Origin: Helicobacteraceae bacterium
GTDB lineage: Bacteria > Campylobacterota > Campylobacteria > Campylobacterales > Sulfurimonadaceae
NCBI GenBank assembly: GCA_015488855.1
Contig: WFMY01000062.1
Location: 1 to 36,124 of the forward strand
Direction of reading: 5' to 3'
Length of the DNA stretch: 36,124 nt
The translations under genes were made by a program, and so were the position numbers. A model generated the notes under the pieces. That model saw only the letters and a program-made list of their open reading frames with translations, searched no databases and had not been told where the DNA came from. This document shows, piece by piece, positions 30,242 to 36,124 of the stretch (positions are counted from its first letter, which is position 1; each line of letters begins with the position of its first letter).

Positions 30242-32794
30242 TTATTTTAATATCTTACCTAAGATTTCAAAGCAATTTTTTGACAATGACTGTGTAGAAA
30301 CTACACACTCTAGTTCTATTCTCATCACATTTTGATTGATTGGATTCATTTTCTTATAAATTTTAAAGGCAGAAATCAGTGCAGAAGAGATCTGAGGGTT
30401 TACTTTGTCTATCTCAAGTACCTTATCGCATACAAATTTATACCCACTTCCATCTTTTGCATGAAAATACTTATAGTTCCTTGCAAATACCCCGATGAGT
30501 GAACGCACTAAATTAGGAACAAGTGGGTCATACACCTCATCCTCTTGAAGCTCAATCACTCGTTGCAATACTCCCGCTCTCTGTGAGGCAGCTAAAATGG
30601 AAAAATACTTATTCATTACAAGCGTATCTAGCTTGTACTTTGCATAAAAATCTTTCATCGGTTTTATTTGGATATCTTCTGTAACATTTTCCAATATATC
30701 TAACGCTGTTATTTTATCTGTCATCGTAAGCGATGCTTCATATTGTTGTAAAACTAAGTCATTTATCTCTTGAGTATCCAAACAACTCAACATTTTTAGG
30801 GCATTATTTTTAATAGCTCGTTGAGACATACTTAAAGCATCTATAGTTTGAGAAGAAGCGTCATGGTTTTTAACATAAACATTTATAAACTCTTTTTTAT
30901 AAGTAGATGCCAAATACTTTTGTAAATCTTCTTTTGCCTTATAAATTGGCTCAAAATCAATCACACTTTGTCTCTGCATAAGAGTTGAAACTGTCGGCAA
31001 CTCTAAAAGTAGCGCCTTAAATGAGAGGTCTATATCTGCTTTTAGTATAACTCCATAGCTTTTTACAAACTCTTCATTTATCTCATCACCTTGCATCATA
31101 CTCTCAAGAGTCTCAATAGCAAAAAGCTGTGCACTTTCATAACGCACAAAACTATTGTTATCATAACGCATTAAAAACGGATAAGATGAATGCTCTTGTT
31201 CCACAATAATAGGAGCTGAAAAGTCTCTGTTTAAAGAGAGGATTGGCTGTGCATCTAATGTGAAATGAAACTCCTCATACTCTTTAGAGATTATGAGGGT
31301 TTGTTCTACCAACTCTTCTCCAGAATTTCCAAGTAGAGCAATCTTAAGAGGGTACATATAGACTTTCTGTCTCTCACCATCAAGTGTATTTGGAATAACT
31401 TGAGTAAGTCTCAGAGTGTAAATTCCATCTACATACTTCTCCCCAACTAAAAGCTTTGGAGTTCCATTTTGATGATACCATCTTTCAAACTGACTCAAGT
31501 CAATATCTCCAGCTTCACTCATTGCCCATAAAAAATCTTCTGTTGTAACAGCCTGTCCATCAAATGTATCAAAGTACAAATCCGTTGCTTTGCGATACTT
31601 TTCCTCTCCAAGGAGGGTATGTATCATACGGATAACCTCTGCACCTTTTTCATACACAGTAGAGGTATAAAAGTTATTCATAGAGATGTAAGACTCTGGT
31701 TGAATCGGATGTGAGGTAGGCGATGCATCTTCTACAAATTGCCGCTCTCGCAGTGCTTTAACCTCTTCTATGCGTTGTACCTCTTTTGAGTTCAAATCAG
31801 CTGAAAAACATTGATCACGAAAAACAGTAAGACCCTCTTTAAGAGTAAGTTGAAACCAATTTTTACAAGTGATACGATTTCCAGTCCAGTTATGAAAATA
31901 TTCATGGGCAATAACACTCTGAATCCCCATAAAATCTTGGTCTGTCGCTACCTCTTCATTGGCTAAAACATAATGAGAATTAAAGATATTGAGACCTTTA
32001 TTTTCCATTGCTCCCATGTTAAAACTATCTACGGCTACGATATTGTATATATCTAAGTCATACTCTCGTCCATACTTTTGTTCATCCCAAATCATTGCCT
32101 CTTTGAGTGATTTCATAGCATGGAGGCATTTAGATTCATTCCCTTTATCGCAATATATGTTTAACTCAACCTCATTACCACTCATTGTTTTAAAGGTATC
32201 GTTAAGCTCACCGAGGTCTCCAGCAACAAGAGCAAAAAGATATGATGGCTTTGGATGAGGATCAAACCAAGTAATCCCATGACGCCCATTCATAAAGTCT
32301 ATGCACTCTTTTTTGTTTCCATTACTGAGCAAGATAGGATATGACTTTTTATCTGCTATCACTGTTGTAGTAAAAACACTCATCACATCTGGTCTGTCAA
32401 GATAAGGGGTAATTCTTCTAAATCCTTCTGGCTCATTTTGCGTACAAAAGATATCACCACTTTTGTATAAACCTTCAAGCTCTGTATTTTTATGTGGGTA
32501 TATCTTGTTGACAACTTTAATAGTAAAATTCTCTGGAACTGCCATAATTTTTAATATATTGTCAATATACACATATCTAGTATCATTAAGTTTCAAATCA
32601 TTAAGATAAAGTTCTATTAGCTCCAAATCTATACTATCTAACAAAATATTTTCAACATCATTCTCTTTATGTAAACTCATGGTATTTGTAACTAAAGTAT
32701 ATTCTTCGTAGATGTCAAATACTAAATCCACACGCTTACAACTAAAATCAGGATTAGTATAATCTTTTAAATATATCGTTTTAACTTCACTCAT
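30242..32794 (-). CDS. pepN: aminopeptidase N (M1)
   Basis: GAMENKGLN, HEYFH...LKEGL zinc motif, YTSTVYEKG. Confidence 0.97.
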   Translation of the reverse strand: MSEVKTIYLKDYTNPDFSCKRVDLVFDIYEEYTLVTNTMSLHKENDVENILLDSIDLELIELYLNDLKLNDTRYVYIDNILKIMAVPENFTIKVVNKIYPHKNTELEGLYKSGDIFCTQNEPEGFRRITPYLDRPDVMSVFTTTVIADKKSYPILLSNGNKKECIDFMNGRHGITWFDPHPKPSYLFALVAGDLGELNDTFKTMSGNEVELNIYCDKGNESKCLHAMKSLKEAMIWDEQKYGREYDLDIYNIVAVDSFNMGAMENKGLNIFNSHYVLANEEVATDQDFMGIQSVIAHEYFHNWTGNRITCKNWFQLTLKEGLTVFRDQCFSADLNSKEVQRIEEVKALRERQFVEDASPTSHPIQPESYISMNNFYTSTVYEKGAEVIRMIHTLLGEEKYRKATDLYFDTFDGQAVTTEDFLWAMSEAGDIDLSQFERWYHQNGTPKLLVGEKYVDGIYTLRLTQVIPNTLDGERQKVYMYPLKIALLGNSGEELVEQTLIISKEYEEFHFTLDAQPILSLNRDFSAPIIVEQEHSSYPFLMRYDNNSFVRYESAQLFAIETLESMMQGDEINEEFVKSYGVILKADIDLSFKALLLELPTVSTLMQRQSVIDFEPIYKAKEDLQKYLASTYKKEFINVYVKNHDASSQTIDALSMSQRAIKNNALKMLSCLDTQEINDLVLQQYEASLTMTDKITALDILENVTEDIQIKPMKDFYAKYKLDTLVMNKYFSILAASQRAGVLQRVIELQEDEVYDPLVPNLVRSLIGVFARNYKYFHAKDGSGYKFVCDKVLEIDKVNPQISSALISAFKIYKKMNPINQNVMRIELECVVSTQSLSKNCFEILGKILK

Positions 32795-32981
32795 GCATCT
32801 CTCTCTTGTAAGTATTTTATATTGCTATCTTATACCATAATATATTAGAAATTTCAACTCTTGATGAAAATTAAGTCTGTGCGAAATCATTCTTTTGGAA
32901 AGTTTTATATTATCAATATAATAAAAAGCAATCTATAAGTATATATATCATAAACTACAAAAAACAAAAAAGTAGGTTCAA

Positions 32982-33263
32982 ATGTCTCTTTTAAAAATCT
33001 TTATCTTTAGTTTACTACTCTTACTAAATGCACATGCGGCTGCAAAAGTCAACAAACAGACAATTGTTTCATATGACAACATAAACACATCAACATTTAA
33101 AAGTGCATCTCAAGCAAATGCACTTAACATTGCTTACAAAAATGTAAACTGTCCAGATCAAAAAGTTACACTTATAGGTGCACCTCTTTGCTCAGTAACT
33201 GAAACTAATATGAAATCAAAAATGTGGGAATGTTTAGTAGTATATAGTTGTGCTAAGAAGTAA
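32982..33263 (+). CDS. small secreted protein with four Cys
   Basis: Signal peptide ending AHA; four Cys in the mature part; 93 aa. Confidence 0.75.
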   Translation: MSLLKIFIFSLLLLLNAHAAAKVNKQTIVSYDNINTSTFKSASQANALNIAYKNVNCPDQKVTLIGAPLCSVTETNMKSKMWECLVVYSCAKK

Positions 33264-33290
33264 AACACTTTAAAACTATATTCACTAAGC

Positions 33291-34586
33291 TCAATCTCGC
33301 TTCGTAGTTTTTCTTTTCTTCTTAGTAACTTTCATCTGTTTTTTTGTTTTTGGAACTGTGCTTGTATTTTTGTTATACTTTCGTTCTTTTTTACCTGTAG
33401 GTTTTTTATGCTCAGACTTCATCTTCACTTCATCCATATCTTTACGGCGAATCTTAGGATCAGGTTCAAAACCCTCTACAACATCTTGTTTTATCTTTTG
33501 AGTGATAAGTTTTTCTATCTCTTTAATATCGTACTTTTCATAAATATCTATAAGCGATATAGCCTCACCCTCGCGTCCAGCCCGACCAGTTCTTCCTACT
33601 CGATGCACATAGTCTTCTGGAATCCCTGGCAACTCATAGTTGATAACAAAAGGGAGATGCTCTATATCTAAACCTCTTGAAGCAATATCTGTTGCTACAA
33701 GCACTTTAAAGTCACCTGCCTTAAACTGAGCAAGAGTCTTTGTACGGTTCGCCTGTGTTTTATCTCCATGAATCACTCCACATTTTAAACCATCTTTTTT
33801 AAGCTCTATCACTAATGCATCTGCACTTTTTTTCGTCTTTGTAAATACAAGCACTTGCCTAAAATTTCGTGAACCAATGATGTATGCACAGAGTGCTGCT
33901 TTTCTATCAGTATCTACTAGATATGCTATTTGGTTGATGGTATCTACTGTAGTATTTTTTTTGGCAGTTTCTATGAACTGAGGACTTCTAAGTATCAGTT
34001 TAGAGAGTTTTCTCACTTTGTCACTGTATGTTGCTGAAAACAAAAGTGTTTGATGTTTTTTAGGAAGCAATGGATGCGTAGCTCGAATCTCTTTTACAAA
34101 ACCCATATCAAGCATCCTATCAGCCTCATCAAGAACAAAGATTTCTACCGATGAAAGGTCAAGTCCCTTAGCATGATGCTCTATAAGACGACCAGGAGTT
34201 GCTATGACAATATCAACACCTTCTCTTAAGATACGCTGTTGATATTCTATATCTTTACCACCAACAAGAATCGCTATATTGAGCTTAAGGTTTTTTGAGT
34301 ATGATAATAAATCTTCGTATATCTGAAGTGCAAGCTCTCGCGTCGGTGACAGGATGACCCCTCGTAAGGCTCTATTTTTATCTGCTGTAGTATTTCTAAG
34401 TCTCTGAAGCATTGGCAAACCAAAGGCTGCTGTTTTTCCTGTCCCTGTTTGGGCAGTGGCAAAGATATCTTCTTTTGCTAATACTAAAGGGATAGCTCTA
34501 GTTTGTATCATAGTAGGATTTTCATATCCTAACTCTTTTATGGCACTAAGAAGTGGTTTCATAACGCCTAATGTTTCAAATGACAT
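33291..34586 (-). CDS. DEAD-box RNA helicase, RhlE-like
   Basis: AQTGTGKT, PTRELA, DEAD, SAT, HRVGRTGRAG motifs; basic tail. Confidence 0.95.
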   Translation of the reverse strand: MSFETLGVMKPLLSAIKELGYENPTMIQTRAIPLVLAKEDIFATAQTGTGKTAAFGLPMLQRLRNTTADKNRALRGVILSPTRELALQIYEDLLSYSKNLKLNIAILVGGKDIEYQQRILREGVDIVIATPGRLIEHHAKGLDLSSVEIFVLDEADRMLDMGFVKEIRATHPLLPKKHQTLLFSATYSDKVRKLSKLILRSPQFIETAKKNTTVDTINQIAYLVDTDRKAALCAYIIGSRNFRQVLVFTKTKKSADALVIELKKDGLKCGVIHGDKTQANRTKTLAQFKAGDFKVLVATDIASRGLDIEHLPFVINYELPGIPEDYVHRVGRTGRAGREGEAISLIDIYEKYDIKEIEKLITQKIKQDVVEGFEPDPKIRRKDMDEVKMKSEHKKPTGKKERKYNKNTSTVPKTKKQMKVTKKKRKTTKRD

Positions 34587-34656
34587 AGTTATTCCTTTAT
34601 ATGAAATTTTAGCATATTAAAGCTATAATCATCCAAAAAAAGTTTAAGTGATATTT

Positions 34657-35148
34657 ATGATAAGAAAAAATCTAAAAAAAATCAGTAAAAGTGAAAAGCT
34701 CAAAGCTTTCATAAAAAAATACAAGGTACCACCAAAGTATCTTTCAACCAACAGAAAGATGGTTTCAAAAGGTGTCTTAATTGGTCTTTTTATAGCATTT
34801 ATACCGATGCCTATGCAGATGGCTCTTGTCCTTGCGATGATGCCTTTTTTTAAGTTCAATGTACCTATAGGGCTAGCAATGTGCTGGCTTAGCAACCCTT
34901 TTACTATGCCACCTATGTACTACATAGAGTATATAACTGGTTCTTTCTTTCTAGGAAGCAAACCACTTGATGTTAAGATGACCTTAGAATGGTTTAGTGA
35001 CAATATAGACAATATTTTTATTGCTTTATATACTGGGACTCTTTTTTATGCTATTGTAGGATCACTCAGTGCCTATTGGCTTGTCAATCATTTTTGGAAA
35101 TCCTCAGTGCATCGAGATAAAAATCTTCATAGAGATGACAGAAGTTAA
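34657..35148 (+). CDS. DUF2062-like membrane protein
   Basis: GLFIAFIPMPMQ and WLSNPFTMPP motifs. Confidence 0.85.
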   Translation: MIRKNLKKISKSEKLKAFIKKYKVPPKYLSTNRKMVSKGVLIGLFIAFIPMPMQMALVLAMMPFFKFNVPIGLAMCWLSNPFTMPPMYYIEYITGSFFLGSKPLDVKMTLEWFSDNIDNIFIALYTGTLFYAIVGSLSAYWLVNHFWKSSVHRDKNLHRDDRS

Positions 35149-35162
35149 AAAGGAGATGGCTT

Positions 35163-35990
35163 TTAAATGATATCTTTACTTTTTTTATAAAAATATATCC
35201 ACGATATCAAAGCTACTAGACTCATCCCTAAACTCATAACTTGCCCTTGAGTGACAACCTCACAACACACATACCCTATCTGAACATCTGGAGCACGCCA
35301 AATCTCAGCTATAGCACGAAAGATGCCATAGCTAAAAGCATATATAAGTATCAACTCTCCACTAAATTTCTTATATGAACGATAAAAATATACAACCACA
35401 AAAACTGCGATGCCCTCCAAGAAAGCTTCATAAAGCTGTGATGGATGACGCAGCACTCCATTGACATAGATGCCCCAACTCACATCAGTAACACGACCAA
35501 CAAGCTCTTGATTGAGGAAATTACCAATACGACCAAATACAAAAGCAAGAGGGATTGAAACTGCTGTAAGGTCCATAATCTTTCCAAAAGATTCTTTGTA
35601 TTTTTTAGTATAGATATATGTTCCAAGCAAGAATCCTATCACTGCTCCATGATAGCTCATACCACGGATACCAACAAACTCTCCATTGTGAAATGGATTG
35701 AAAATCTGCCAAGGATTTGCAAGATAATAAAGTGTTTGAGGATCATAAAATAAAATATATCCTAACCTTGCACCAAGAATAACACCTACTTCTACATAGA
35801 TAAAGTAAACATCTAGTTTTTTAGTATCAAAATCTAGTGCATCTTTTTTTATAAATTTCTTCCCAATATAAAGTGCTGTTACAAGCGCAAGCACATACAT
35901 CATCCCATACCAATGCACAGGAAAAGAAAAAAAGTGAAAAGCTATAGGATTGAATGACTCGTATATATGGTTCCAACTATTATTTGGCAT
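35163..35990 (-). CDS. lgt: prolipoprotein diacylglyceryl transferase
   Basis: HWYG, GARLGY, GMSYHG, GRIGNFLNQELVGR, HPSQLYE motifs. Confidence 0.96.
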   Translation of the reverse strand: MPNNSWNHIYESFNPIAFHFFSFPVHWYGMMYVLALVTALYIGKKFIKKDALDFDTKKLDVYFIYVEVGVILGARLGYILFYDPQTLYYLANPWQIFNPFHNGEFVGIRGMSYHGAVIGFLLGTYIYTKKYKESFGKIMDLTAVSIPLAFVFGRIGNFLNQELVGRVTDVSWGIYVNGVLRHPSQLYEAFLEGIAVFVVVYFYRSYKKFSGELILIYAFSYGIFRAIAEIWRAPDVQIGYVCCEVVTQGQVMSLGMSLVALISWIYFYKKSKDII

Positions 35991-36124
35991 TTATACTTCC
36001 CTCAATGCGTCGGCTATAAGCTCAATCGGATTTTTAAAGATAGTTGTTGATTCATTGCCCATAGAGTTATTTATCTGCATACGACAAGCACTACACTCGG
36101 CACTCACGACATCAGCTTTTGTAT
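35991..36124 (-). CDS. 3' end of a CCG-domain Fe-S protein, GlcF-like (partial)
   Basis: ...ADVVSAECSACRMQI...NPIELIADALREV*; abuts the lgt start. Confidence 0.75.
   Translation of the reverse strand, partial: TKADVVSAECSACRMQINNSMGNESTTIFKNPIELIADALREV

Overview
AT-rich chromosomal window from a Campylobacterota bacterium, probably Sulfurimonas-like. That assignment rests on the ispH-rpsA-hyp-serA synteny, a type IV sulfide:quinone oxidoreductase and a CetAB-like chemotaxis pair. Most of the window is housekeeping: ispH, rpsA, serA, pyk, hemH, groESL, exbBD, pyrC, pgm, pepN, a DEAD-box helicase, lgt and two tRNAs. Two decayed integrative elements are present. The first (~9.4-13.8 kb) lies at the 3' end of tRNA-Asn and carries a PAS + CZB-chemoreceptor pair, a zeta-toxin-like operon and a dead compact tyrosine recombinase next to a 14-bp inverted repeat. 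The second (~21.8-25.1 kb) carries an integrase N-terminal remnant, arm-like repeats and an MBOAT + SGNH-like O-acylation pair. The best candidate for an undescribed system is at 25.3-30.2 kb: sqr, an unannotated 53-aa ORF, a soluble hybrid histidine kinase with a Cys-containing globin-like input domain, and a convergent REC-wHTH regulator. Related 11-bp-phased repeats lie upstream of both sqr and the regulator, suggesting a sulfide-sensing module (inference). All family assignments are from motif recognition by eye; no searches were run.
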